Assembly (NCBI GenBank): GCA_045862955.1
Contig: BTVI01000001.1
Coordinates: 94,740-158,739 of the forward strand
Length of the DNA: 64,000 nt
From: Fimbriimonadales bacterium
GTDB taxonomy: Bacteria > Armatimonadota > Fimbriimonadia > Fimbriimonadales > JABRVX01
Reading direction: 5' to 3'
Part shown: positions 27,790 to 36,693 of the stretch, piece after piece
How the letters are laid out: every line of letters begins with the position of its first letter
Numbering within the stretch: the first letter of the stretch is position 1
The notes under the pieces: model-generated
Seen by the model: the letters and a program-made list of their open reading frames with translations, nothing else
Databases searched by the model: none
What the model was told of the DNA's origin: nothing
Translations under genes and position numbers: made by a program

Positions 27790-29169
27790 ATGCGCACGGT
27801 TATCGAACCCTTTCGCATAAAGAGCGTGGAGCCGATCCGCTTTACGACTCGAGAGGAACGTGAGATACTTCTGCGACAGGCACACTACAACCCCTTCCTA
27901 CTTCACGCAGACGACGTAATGTTCGACCTGCTGACGGACAGCGGCACTGCCGCCATGTCTTCGGCACAGTGGGCTGCGATCATGCAGGGCGACGAGAGCT
28001 ACGCCGGCAGCCGGAGCTTCTACCGCTTCGAGGAAGTGGTGAAGGATATCACCGGACTGAAGCACGTGATCCCGACGCATCAAGGCCGAGCAGCGGAGAG
28101 GATCCTTTTCTCGCTGGTGGCGGGTGAGGGCCTGGTAATCCCCAGCAACAACCACTTCGACACTACACGCGCGAACATCGAACACACCGGGGCGGAAGCA
28201 CTGGATCTCGTGATTCCCGAGGGCAAAGACCCGTCCTCGATGCACCCCTTCAAGGGGAATGTGGACTTGAACAGGTTGGAGGACTTGATCAAGGAGCTTG
28301 GCAGGGACGGCATCCCGCTAGGCATGGTCACAGTCACCAACAACGCGGGCGGGGGCCAGCCGGTCTCGATGGAGAACATTCGCGAGGTGTCTCGCTTGCT
28401 CCACGAGAACGGGATTCCCTTTTTCCTCGATGCGTGCCGTTTCGCTGAGAACGCGTACTTTATCAAGATGCGCGAGCCGGGCTACGAGGACAAGAGCCCG
28501 AAGGAGATCGCGCGCGAAATGTTCTCGTACTGCGACGGCGCCACGATGAGCTGCAAGAAAGACGGCTTGTGCAATATCGGCGGCTTCCTGGCACTCAACA
28601 GTGACGGTCTGGCGCAGCGGGCGAGGGCCAACCTCATCCTGACCGAAGGCTTTCCGACCTACGGGGGGCTCGCCGGGCGCGACCTCGAGGCGATGGCGGT
28701 CGGCCTGACCGAGGTGCTGGACCCCCACTACCTCGAGTACCGCATGGCAAGCACGCGCTATTTCACGCGGAAACTGAACGAGGAAGGCGTCGCGACCGTA
28801 CAGCCGCCAGGTGGTCATGCAGCCTACATCGATGCGAGAGCGTTCTTGCCTCACGTGCCCATCGAGCAGTACCCCGGCCAGGCCCTGGTCTGTGCTCTCT
28901 ATTTGGTAGGGGGTATCCGTGGAGTGGAGATCGGAAGCGTGATGTTCGGAAAGCACACGGCTTCGGGAGAGACCTTCGCCGACATGGACCTGGTGCGCCT
29001 CGCCGTGCCGAGACGGGTGTACACGCAAAGTCATGTGGATTACATGGCGGAGGTGATTCTCGAGGCATTCGAGCAGCGAGAGTCGGTGCACGGGTACCGA
29101 ATCACGCAGCAGGCGCCGACCCTGCGACACTTCACGGCACATTTCGAGCCGCTAAGTAATGCAGGATAG
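27790..29169 (+). CDS. tnaA: tryptophanase / tyrosine phenol-lyase family beta-eliminating lyase (PLP-dependent), closer by eye to tryptophanase
   Basis: EPFRIKSVEPI, DLLTDSGT, IPTHQGRAAE, TNNAGGQPVS, MSCKKDGLCNIGGFL (PLP Lys), GFPTYGGLAGRD and LRHFTAHF. Confidence 0.75.
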   Translation: MRTVIEPFRIKSVEPIRFTTREEREILLRQAHYNPFLLHADDVMFDLLTDSGTAAMSSAQWAAIMQGDESYAGSRSFYRFEEVVKDITGLKHVIPTHQGRAAERILFSLVAGEGLVIPSNNHFDTTRANIEHTGAEALDLVIPEGKDPSSMHPFKGNVDLNRLEDLIKELGRDGIPLGMVTVTNNAGGGQPVSMENIREVSRLLHENGIPFFLDACRFAENAYFIKMREPGYEDKSPKEIAREMFSYCDGATMSCKKDGLCNIGGFLALNSDGLAQRARANLILTEGFPTYGGLAGRDLEAMAVGLTEVLDPHYLEYRMASTRYFTRKLNEEGVATVQPPGGHAAYIDARAFLPHVPIEQYPGQALVCALYLVGGIRGVEIGSVMFGKHTASGETFADMDLVRLAVPRRVYTQSHVDYMAEVILEAFEQRESVHGYRITQQAPTLRHFTAHFEPLSNAG

Positions 29170-29224
29170 ATAGTGCAGTTTTCCACGAAATAGCGTCCGA
29201 CGCGTCCCATTTCGGCGCAAATCC

Positions 29225-29233
29225 TGCTAGAAT
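29225..29233 (+). promoter_or_regulatory. extended -10-like TGCTAGAAT in the tnaA-downstream intergenic region
   Basis: Sequence tccTGCTAGAATgcacg. It would give a ~320-nt leader for the 29561 gene. Confidence 0.25.
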
Positions 29234-29352
29234 GCACGAAAGAAGCAACGGGCGAATCAGCGTTCGTCGGAATGCGCTTTCCTGACTGCACAACGTGAAC
29301 CTTACGACAGTTGCGGCGCGGCTCGCCCCCCCAAGACCGCGTCAGCGACTGG

Positions 29353-29394
29353 AATAGCGGCCGCAACCTCCCCCCGGTTGCGGCCCGCTCTATT
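29353..29394. other. GC-rich hairpin (AATAGCGGCCGCAACC / loop TCCCCCC / GGTTGCGGCCCGCTCTATT), no U-tract
   Basis: Inverted repeat read directly from the sequence. It lies 185 nt after the tnaA stop and 167 nt before ATG 29561. Confidence 0.4.
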
Positions 29395-29560
29395 CGTGCC
29401 GCAGGGCTAAGGAACCTCGCCAGCGCGAGTCATGTTTAATACGACTGTCTGCACAGGCCCCGTCACCGTGGAATGGCTCGATGGCGCCTCGGGGCTTCCC
29501 GGCCAAGCCGAGATGCGAAACCGGCCGGGTGCGGATTGTGAGGAATCTAGGAGGTACTGC

Positions 29561-32443
29561 ATGTTCTTTCGTCTCTCGCGCTTGGCGCTTCCCTCCTTAG
29601 TGCTGATTCCGGCGATGATGTTGGCGGTGTCGGCGCTGGGGCAGTCGGAATTCGATGGCCGAGACCCTGTGGCCACAGTTACGGTAACTCCGCCCTCCGT
29701 CGTGGAGGACGAGATGGACGTGTACAACCGGATGATGCTCCGGCCGTTCGAGCTGACTTGGTCATGGCGACCGATGAAGCAGGACAACACCGAGCCACCT
29801 AAGATCAAGCCTGGGAAGGTGTGGAACTTCGACATCATTCAGCGGGGCGGAAGCGAGGTCGGCTTGGCGGATATCGGCTGGGATAGCGTGTCGTCGGGGT
29901 CGGTCTGGCCGCCCGACCCGATTCTAGCCGTAGGGCCCAATCACGTTCTGGTCGCGACGAACGCAGGCTTTCGCATCTACAACAAGTCCGGAAGTCAGAC
30001 TTACTCTTCTTCGTTCGGGACCTTCTTCAGCGGGCTTGCGGGGTTCACGTTCACGTCGGACCCGCGTGTGATTTACGATCATGATAGCGGTCGGTGGTTC
30101 CTGCTGATTTTAGGGCTCAACAACAGCTACTACTCGTGGTACCTGCTCGCAGTCTCCGACGACAGCGATCCGAACGGCACTTGGAAGAAGTACGCTATCG
30201 ACTCCACTCTGAACGGGGGGACGAGCACTAACAACATGTCGGACTACCCCGGCATGGGTGTCAGCCAGGATGCGCTGTATATCACGGCAAACATGTTCAA
30301 CCGGAGCACATGGAGCTTTCAGTACGTCAAGCTGCGCGTGATCCCCAAGCAGCAGTTGCTGGACTTCGCTAGCAGCATCACCTACAGCGACCTGTGGAGC
30401 ATCACGAACGCAGACGGCAGCACGGCCTTCACTATCCAGCCGGCTCAGCACTGGGGCACGCCACAGGCACCGTTTCTCGCGGATGTTCAGGGCAGTAACA
30501 AGGTGAACGTCTTCGGTGTGAACAATCCGCTCGGCACCCCGTCGCTTACGAAGCGGAGCGCTACAGTAACATCGTTCTCCGCTCCGCCGTCCGCAGTTCA
30601 GCAGGGCGGATCGGTCCGACTCGACACCATCGACACTCGAACGTACAACTCCGTGTGGCGCAATAACTCGATCTACTTCGCGCACACCATCGGGCAAAGC
30701 AGCGTAGCTGCATGTCGCTGGTACCAGCTCAACACGTCCAACTGGCCGACTTCGGTGAGCGTCACCACGAGCGGCACCGTAATCACGAGCGGCGTGTACC
30801 AGTGGTTCCCGTCGGTAGCAGTCAACCAAGATAACACGTTGTTCATGGGATTCTGCCGTGCCAGTAGCAACGAGTATGCGTCCATCTACTATGCCTACCG
30901 ACTGGCATCGGATCCGCCCGGCCAGATGACGGTACCGACGGTCATCAAGGCAGGCACCCGATACTACACCGGTGAGGGCGGCAGCCCGGTACGGTGGGGC
31001 GACTACACCGGCACCGTCGTAGACCCTCAGGACGACAGGACCTTCTGGCATTTCAACGAGTATCCGCACGCCACTTCGAGTAGCACCTGGCGGACATGGG
31101 TTCAACAAGTTACGTTGACCCCACCCGGCGATCCGACGACACTCACTGTAGCCAACGTGGCTGGCCAGATCGGCGCAACCGTCACTCTGAGTGCCACACT
31201 AACGCGCGACTCGGACGGAGCTCCCGTTTCGGGTAAGTCCATCAGTTTCAAGGTGGCATCGAACAGCGTCGGGTCCGGCACCACGAACGGTAGCGGAGTA
31301 GCAACGGTCAACTACACGATTCCGCCTAGCCTCGGCACCGGCATCAAGTCCATCCAGGCCGACTTTGCCGGGGACGGCACCTACGCAGCCTCCACGGGTA
31401 GCGGAAACCTCAACGTGTCAAAGGCCAATTCCGTGGTCGAGGCCTACGACGCATCCGGACACCTCGGCGAGAGCGTTAGTCTGAGTGCGAAACTCACCCG
31501 CGCGACAGATGGGGCGCCGCTCCAGGGGCAGAGCTTGAGGTTCAAAGTCCAGGGCTCAATCGTTGGAAGCGGAGACACTGGTACGAACGGCATTGCCACC
31601 ATCAACTACACTCCTCAAGAGGGCGATGGCATCGGGGTCAAGACGCTAACGGTCGAGTTCGATGGCGATACGCTGCACAACGCATCCAGCGGCACCGCAA
31701 CCATGACCGTCCTAGCAGCGAACACCTCGGTGACACCAAACAATGCGAGCGGGACGAGCGGGCAGCCGGTGACGCTGACTGCGACGCTTCGACGTACCAC
31801 GGATAACTTGCCCCTAGTCGGACGAACGGTGGCCTTCGACGTCGGTGGCTTCTCGGCGGGCTCCGCGGTCACGGGAGTCGGTGGAGTCGCCACGGTTAAC
31901 TGGGTCATCCCGCCTGCCTTGGGTACTGGGCCTAAGACGATTACCGCGTCGTTTGCCGGCGACAGCCTTTACAACGCCTCGAGCGGCACAGCCACACTCG
32001 ATGTGGCCCCCGGCGGCTCGACGGTGAGCGGCGTCGTGACGCTCGAGCAGTACCTAGGCGGTCCTGGCCAGAGCGCAACGATCGAGTTCCGCGAGATCCC
32101 GTCGGGCACAGTGCTGCACAGTGCGACGATCGTGCTGGACGGCGCGGGGAACTACTCGACGCCCGATGTGCCGAATGGCACCTACGACGTGGCGGTCAAG
32201 TTCGTCAACTGGCTCCGGCAGGTGGTGCCCGGCGTCACGGTCTCCGGCCCGACCACGGTCAACTTCTCCTTGTTCAACGGCGATGTGGACAACTCGAATG
32301 GTGTGGACCTCGTCGACCTGAACGCCATCCTGGCAACATTCGGGAATCCGGGGGGCTACGGTGACCTCAACTGGGACGCCGTCGTCAACCTGGTGGATCT
32401 GAACATCGTTCTCGCAAACTTCGGAATGACCGGAGCACCGTAA
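29561..32443 (+). CDS. large secreted protein: unassigned N-terminal (propeller-like?) domain, three tandem Ig-like repeats, beta-sandwich plus dockerin-like C-terminus
   Basis: TAGGAGGT lies 6 nt before ATG 29561. Signal peptide MFFRLSRLALPSLVLIPAMMLAVSALGQ. Three ~95-aa repeats (about 31135..32012), e.g. GATVTLSATLTRDSDGAPVSGKSISFKV..GVATVNYTIPPSLGTG.K.I.A.FAGD. C-terminus GDVDNSNGVDLVDLNAILATFG..GDLNWDAVVNLVDLNIVLANFG is a duplicated dockerin-type Ca-binding repeat. Confidence 0.75.
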   Translation: MFFRLSRLALPSLVLIPAMMLAVSALGQSEFDGRDPVATVTVTPPSVVEDEMDVYNRMMLRPFELTWSWRPMKQDNTEPPKIKPGKVWNFDIIQRGGSEVGLADIGWDSVSSGSVWPPDPILAVGPNHVLVATNAGFRIYNKSGSQTYSSSFGTFFSGLAGFTFTSDPRVIYDHDSGRWFLLILGLNNSYYSWYLLAVSDDSDPNGTWKKYAIDSTLNGGTSTNNMSDYPGMGVSQDALYITANMFNRSTWSFQYVKLRVIPKQQLLDFASSITYSDLWSITNADGSTAFTIQPAQHWGTPQAPFLADVQGSNKVNVFGVNNPLGTPSLTKRSATVTSFSAPPSAVQQGGSVRLDTIDTRTYNSVWRNNSIYFAHTIGQSSVAACRWYQLNTSNWPTSVSVTTSGTVITSGVYQWFPSVAVNQDNTLFMGFCRASSNEYASIYYAYRLASDPPGQMTVPTVIKAGTRYYTGEGGSPVRWGDYTGTVVDPQDDRTFWHFNEYPHATSSSTWRTWVQQVTLTPPGDPTTLTVANVAGQIGATVTLSATLTRDSDGAPVSGKSISFKVASNSVGSGTTNGSGVATVNYTIPPSLGTGIKSIQADFAGDGTYAASTGSGNLNVSKANSVVEAYDASGHLGESVSLSAKLTRATDGAPLQGQSLRFKVQGSIVGSGDTGTNGIATINYTPQEGDGIGVKTLTVEFDGDTLHNASSGTATMTVLAANTSVTPNNASGTSGQPVTLTATLRRTTDNLPLVGRTVAFDVGGFSAGSAVTGVGGVATVNWVIPPALGTGPKTITASFAGDSLYNASSGTATLDVAPGGSTVSGVVTLEQYLGGPGQSATIEFREIPSGTVLHSATIVLDGAGNYSTPDVPNGTYDVAVKFVNWLRQVVPGVTVSGPTTVNFSLFNGDVDNSNGVDLVDLNAILATFGNPGGYGDLNWDAVVNLVDLNIVLANFGMTGAP

Positions 32444-32470
32444 GCGGCCCGCTCTGAACATTCGACCTCG

Positions 32471-32502
32471 GAAGGGGCGCCTTTTCGGCGCCCCTTCTTT
32501 CT
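32471..32502 (+). terminator. rho-independent terminator
   Basis: GAAGGGGCGCC-ttttc-GGCGCCCCTTC followed by TTTCT, 28 nt after the stop at 32443. Confidence 0.8.
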
Positions 32503-32721
32503 AGATCAGGGTTAGGCGGCAAAGCGGGGAACCGCTTCGGCACGCTATGTGTTGACTCCTAACGCAGAGGTTCCGATTCGGAATGTGCTGGCCTTACCCG
32601 CGTTTTCGGGTGATCTGCGGGGGACCGCGGATTCCGAATCGACTTTTGCTCATCCGCGCACTGAGCCCAGGCTAATCGCGAGGGCCGCGGTGCATACATC
32701 TAGGAGTTTGGAGGCGAACCT

Positions 32722-35664
32722 GTGCTTAGGTTGGCATTAGCCGCAATGGCCGTGGTTCTGGCGCTGGCCGCCGGAGCGGCAGAGAGCAAGCAGGCCGCAC
32801 TGCAGCGGCTGGAGCGCGATTATCCCGCCGTTCGGTTTTTTACATCGGAGGGCAAGCTTAGCCGTGTTTACGGCACCAAGATGTCCGCGTTCGGGACCCC
32901 GGAGCGGTCGGCCGATGCGTTCTTGAGGTCCTATAGCGCCGCGTTCGGCGTTCCCGCCAGCAACCTCGTGTTCGAGGCCCAGCACGAACTGATGCGGGGC
33001 AAGTTCACGGTGTTGCACTACCGACAGTTCTGCAACGGTCTAGAAGTGGACCGAGCCTGGCTCACCGTGCTGGTGAAGAACGAACCCGGCTACCCGGTAG
33101 TGTTGGCGTCCGCCAACGTGTACGACATCAACAACGTGGCCTTGACACCCATTCGGATCGGTGCCCAGGATGCAATAGCCCGCTGGGCACGCTGGTATCC
33201 CGACTTCACCTTCGGGCAGCCGGAGTTCATCGTGTATGCGCAGGACGGTATGGCTACCTACGCCTACCGGTTCACGGGCAGCAACGGCAACCCGGATGAC
33301 CCCGAAGCCTACGAGTTCATCGTTGACGCGTCGAAGGCCGATGCGCCACTGCTGCGGATGGAAGACCGCATCCTTTACGTGGATGTCACCGGTCAAGTGC
33401 TGGGCTACGCGACGCCCGGCGTGAAGCCAGACCGCGCGGACAACCCGCCCACAATCCAACCCATCCGGGACATCTGGGTCAGGCTGACAGGCGGCAACGC
33501 AGCCTACACGGACGCGAGCGGCAACTACGTGATCCCGCACGGTGGCAGTTCGGACGTTACGCTGAGCACTTCCGTCGGCGGATCGGGCTCGACGCAGGCT
33601 GGTCGGTGGGTCAGGATTACCACTGCGGCAGGCTCTATTCTGTCTATGTCGCAGACGGTGACGCCCCCGGGACCCGGCAACTTCCTGTACAATCCGACCC
33701 CGTCGGAGTACCTAACGGCGCAGATGAACGGCTTCATCTGGACGACGAACATTCACAACTTCGTCAAGCAGCACGTGCCCACATACCCGGGTGTGGACGT
33801 TCAGCTTCCGTGCAACGTGAACCTGAACAACACCTGCAACGCCTACTACGACTATAGCTCGATCAACTTCTACCGATCGGGCGGTGGCTGTCCGAACACG
33901 GCATACTCCTCGGTCATCGCTCACGAGTATGGTCACCACATCGTGTACAGCGGCCATACGAGTGCAACTGGGGACTACCACGAGGGTATGGCCGACGTGT
34001 CGTCAGCGCTCCTCCTACAGGACCCGTGCCTCGGCTATGGCTTCCTGGGAGGCAACGCGTGTCTACGCAACTGCTATAACTCGGTGAACTACCCCTGCTC
34101 CGGCGAGGCGCATCTATGCGGGCAAGTCCTCTCTGGCGCCTTCTGGCTCACTCGAGATCAGTTGATGATCACCGAGCCCGTGGAGTACCACAACATCATC
34201 AGCGAGCTGTGGCTCAACTCGATTCTCCTGCGCCCGCCGTCGGTCAGCCCCGGCATCACCATCGACGTGCTAACGCTCGACGACGACAACGGTGACATCG
34301 CCGATGGCACACCACACTACAACGAGATCGCGACGGGCTTCGGGGCGAAGAACCTCACAGCCCCTCCGCTCTCGCTGCTGAAGTTCACCTTCCCGGACGG
34401 GCAGCCCGAGACCGTGAGCCCGGCAGGCGGCACTACGATGCGGGTCGTAGTGAGTGCTCTGTCCAAGCAGCCGCAGCCCGGCACCGGCAAGCTGCACTAC
34501 AGCACCGGCGGTGGTTACACCGAGATACCGATGAACGAGGTTTCGCCGAACGTCTACGATGCGGTGTTCCCAGCCGTACCGTGTGGCACGACGATCAACT
34601 ACTACGTGTCCGCAAGGACCACGGAAAACACCCTGGTCACCTCGCCATCCAACGCTCCTACGAGCACCTATAAGACCATCAGCGCAAGCAGCCTGGTCAC
34701 CGTGTTCAGCGACAACTTCAACACGAACCAAGGTTGGACTGTGCAGAATAGCTCTGGGCTCACCGCGGGAGCTTGGCAGCGCGCCATCCCGAACGGTGGT
34801 GGAACCCGAGGCGACCCGCCTAGCGACTACGACGGGTCCGGCTACTGCTACGTTACGCAGAACGGAGCCGGTGACACCGATGTGGACGGCGGAACTACCT
34901 ACCTGATCTCGCCGACGTTCGACCTAAGCGGCGGTGATGCCATCATCAGCTACGCACGCTGGTACTCCAACAACTTCGGAAACGACCCGTACAACGACGT
35001 GTTCATCGTGTCCGTCTCCAACAACAACGGCGCCTCGTGGGTCACTGCCGAGGTGGTCGGGCCCACTGGGCCACAGGTCGAGGGCGGCTGGTACACCAGC
35101 TCGTTCAAGGTCGGTGACTACGTGACGCCCAACGCGACCGTCAAAGTGCGCTTCGAGGCGGGCGACCTGAACGCCGGGTCGGTTATCGAGGCCGGCGTGG
35201 ATGCCTTCAAGGTAACGCAGATCGGATGCGAGATCCCGGCATCGCTGTCGGGCACCGTCACGCTGAACGGTCTGATCCCGTCGCCAGCGGGCATCAACCT
35301 CACCATCGAGTTCCGCAACCCCGGGACGCAGACCGTCGTGGCCTCCTATCCGGTCACGCTGAACGGCTCGGGCGGCTACTCGGTGCCCAGCGTTCTATCC
35401 GGCACGTTCGACATCGCCGTCAAGCACGCGAACTGGCTTCGCCAAGTGCTCGCATCGCAGAACGTGAGCGGCGCAACGGTAGCCAACTTCTCGCTGCTCA
35501 ACGGCGACGCCAACTACGACAACTCGGTAGACCTGGTAGACCTGAATGCCGTTCTCGCCGCATTCGGGTCGACTGGACAATCCGACCTCAACTGGGACGG
35601 CACGGTGGACTTGCTCGACCTGAACATCGTGCTCAATAACTTCGGGTTCGTCGGCGCGCCGTAG
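32722..35664 (+). CDS. secreted zinc metalloprotease (FTP-type propeptide, HExxH, thermolysin/fungalysin-like) with MAM/lectin-like domain and beta-sandwich plus dockerin-like C-terminus
   Basis: GTG start after GGAGG. Signal peptide MLRLALAAMAVVLALAAGAAE. Propeptide-like ADAFLRSYSAAFGV..FTVLHYRQFCNGLEV. Zinc motif VIAHEYGHHIV with downstream HEGMADV. FSDNFNTNQGWTV..GSGYCYVTQNG..TYLISPTFDL resembles a MAM/ConA-like domain. The last 140 aa are homologous to the end of the 29561..32443 product. Confidence 0.75.
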   Translation: MLRLALAAMAVVLALAAGAAESKQAALQRLERDYPAVRFFTSEGKLSRVYGTKMSAFGTPERSADAFLRSYSAAFGVPASNLVFEAQHELMRGKFTVLHYRQFCNGLEVDRAWLTVLVKNEPGYPVVLASANVYDINNVALTPIRIGAQDAIARWARWYPDFTFGQPEFIVYAQDGMATYAYRFTGSNGNPDDPEAYEFIVDASKADAPLLRMEDRILYVDVTGQVLGYATPGVKPDRADNPPTIQPIRDIWVRLTGGNAAYTDASGNYVIPHGGSSDVTLSTSVGGSGSTQAGRWVRITTAAGSILSMSQTVTPPGPGNFLYNPTPSEYLTAQMNGFIWTTNIHNFVKQHVPTYPGVDVQLPCNVNLNNTCNAYYDYSSINFYRSGGGCPNTAYSSVIAHEYGHHIVYSGHTSATGDYHEGMADVSSALLLQDPCLGYGFLGGNACLRNCYNSVNYPCSGEAHLCGQVLSGAFWLTRDQLMITEPVEYHNIISELWLNSILLRPPSVSPGITIDVLTLDDDNGDIADGTPHYNEIATGFGAKNLTAPPLSLLKFTFPDGQPETVSPAGGTTMRVVVSALSKQPQPGTGKLHYSTGGGYTEIPMNEVSPNVYDAVFPAVPCGTTINYYVSARTTENTLVTSPSNAPTSTYKTISASSLVTVFSDNFNTNQGWTVQNSSGLTAGAWQRAIPNGGGTRGDPPSDYDGSGYCYVTQNGAGDTDVDGGTTYLISPTFDLSGGDAIISYARWYSNNFGNDPYNDVFIVSVSNNNGASWVTAEVVGPTGPQVEGGWYTSSFKVGDYVTPNATVKVRFEAGDLNAGSVIEAGVDAFKVTQIGCEIPASLSGTVTLNGLIPSPAGINLTIEFRNPGTQTVVASYPVTLNGSGGYSVPSVLSGTFDIAVKHANWLRQVLASQNVSGATVANFSLLNGDANYDNSVDLVDLNAVLAAFGSTGQSDLNWDGTVDLLDLNIVLNNFGFVGAP

Positions 35665-35689
35665 ACTGCGCTGTACCGACGGACGGATC

Positions 35690-35727
35690 CCGAGCCCGAG
35701 GGCTGGTGCCCTCGGGCTCGGCGTTTG
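35690..35727 (+). terminator. terminator-like hairpin
   Basis: CCGAGCCCGAGGGC-tggt-GCCCTCGGGCTCGG followed by cgTTTgcg, 26 nt after the stop at 35664. Confidence 0.6.
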
Positions 35728-35772
35728 CGTGGGACCAGCGCAAACCTCCTCGGCCCCGCATGCGTTAGCTAG

Positions 35773-35778
35773 TACAAT
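35773..35778 (+). promoter_or_regulatory. -10 box TACAAT upstream of the SOD gene
   Basis: Sequence gctagTACAATgaccgaacttcgaGAGGAGGAgactgactATG. A short leader with a strong SD. Confidence 0.35.
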
Positions 35779-35807
35779 GACCGAACTTCGAGAGGAGGAG
35801 ACTGACT

Positions 35808-36425
35808 ATGCACTTCATTGAGATTGCGGCAAAGCCGCTGCCGGAGAAGATCTACAACACCGAGGCGAACGGCATCTCTCGCCGAACGCACGACGAGCAC
35901 TACAAGCTGTATCAAGGGTATGTGAACAAGACCAACGAGGTCCGAAAGGCGCTCGCCGCGCTCACGGACGAGGACTTCGCCGCGGGGAACCAAGTGTATT
36001 CAAAGATTCGGTCGCTGAAGACCGACCTGACGTTCGCACTGGGCGGCGTGTACAACCACGAGGTCTACTTCGACATCCTCGGCGGCAAGGGTGGGCCGCC
36101 CACGGGTCGAGTGGCCGAGCTGATTCAGCGCGACTTCGGTTCCTACGAGAATTGGGCACGGGACCTGAAGGCCACCGGCATGGCCGCGCGTGGCTGGGCC
36201 TGGACCGCTGTGAACCACGCGACCGGTGAGCTATTCAACTATCTGGGTGATGCGCAGAACACCTTCCCGGTTTGGGGCGCGACGCCGATTCTTGCGCTGG
36301 ACACCTACGAGCACGCGTACTATCTGGACTACGGCGTAGCGCGCGCGGGTTACATCGACGCGTTCCTGAAGTCTATTGACTGGGACGCCGTGAACGCCCG
36401 CCTGGCTGCTGCCCCTGGGCAATAG
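35808..36425 (+). CDS. Fe/Mn superoxide dismutase family protein (variant N-terminal motif)
   Basis: GGVYNHEVYF (His ligand) and LALDTYEHAYYLDY (Asp/His ligands). The N-terminal helix reads THDEHYKLYQGYV instead of the canonical HHxKHHxxYV. Confidence 0.75.
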   Translation: MHFIEIAAKPLPEKIYNTEANGISRRTHDEHYKLYQGYVNKTNEVRKALAALTDEDFAAGNQVYSKIRSLKTDLTFALGGVYNHEVYFDILGGKGGPPTGRVAELIQRDFGSYENWARDLKATGMAARGWAWTAVNHATGELFNYLGDAQNTFPVWGATPILALDTYEHAYYLDYGVARAGYIDAFLKSIDWDAVNARLAAAPGQ

Positions 36426-36693
36426 AACCGCTCTTCCCGGCTCATCGTCATCGGTAGGCAAGCGTAGGCCGCGGCACCTCCCGGTCCGCGGCCCGACGTC
36501 CCTAGGGAGGACCGGGCCTCGATGCCCTGGCCCGCGCCCGCCGAATGGCGTCCACACATCGCACAGCGCGAACTCGAGGACCGCGCCGGGGCATCCCTAG
36601 AAAGTGCCGAGAGTGCCGGCGATGCCTGCCTCTCTCAGCGGGCATACTGGGCTCCTGTGGGGAGCCGGCGGCCACGGTTCGCTGTGGTTCTAG

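Noticed and set aside
32553-32558. TTGACT as a -35 box for the 32722 gene
   Set aside because: No acceptable -10 hexamer lies 16-19 nt downstream, so the match is probably chance.
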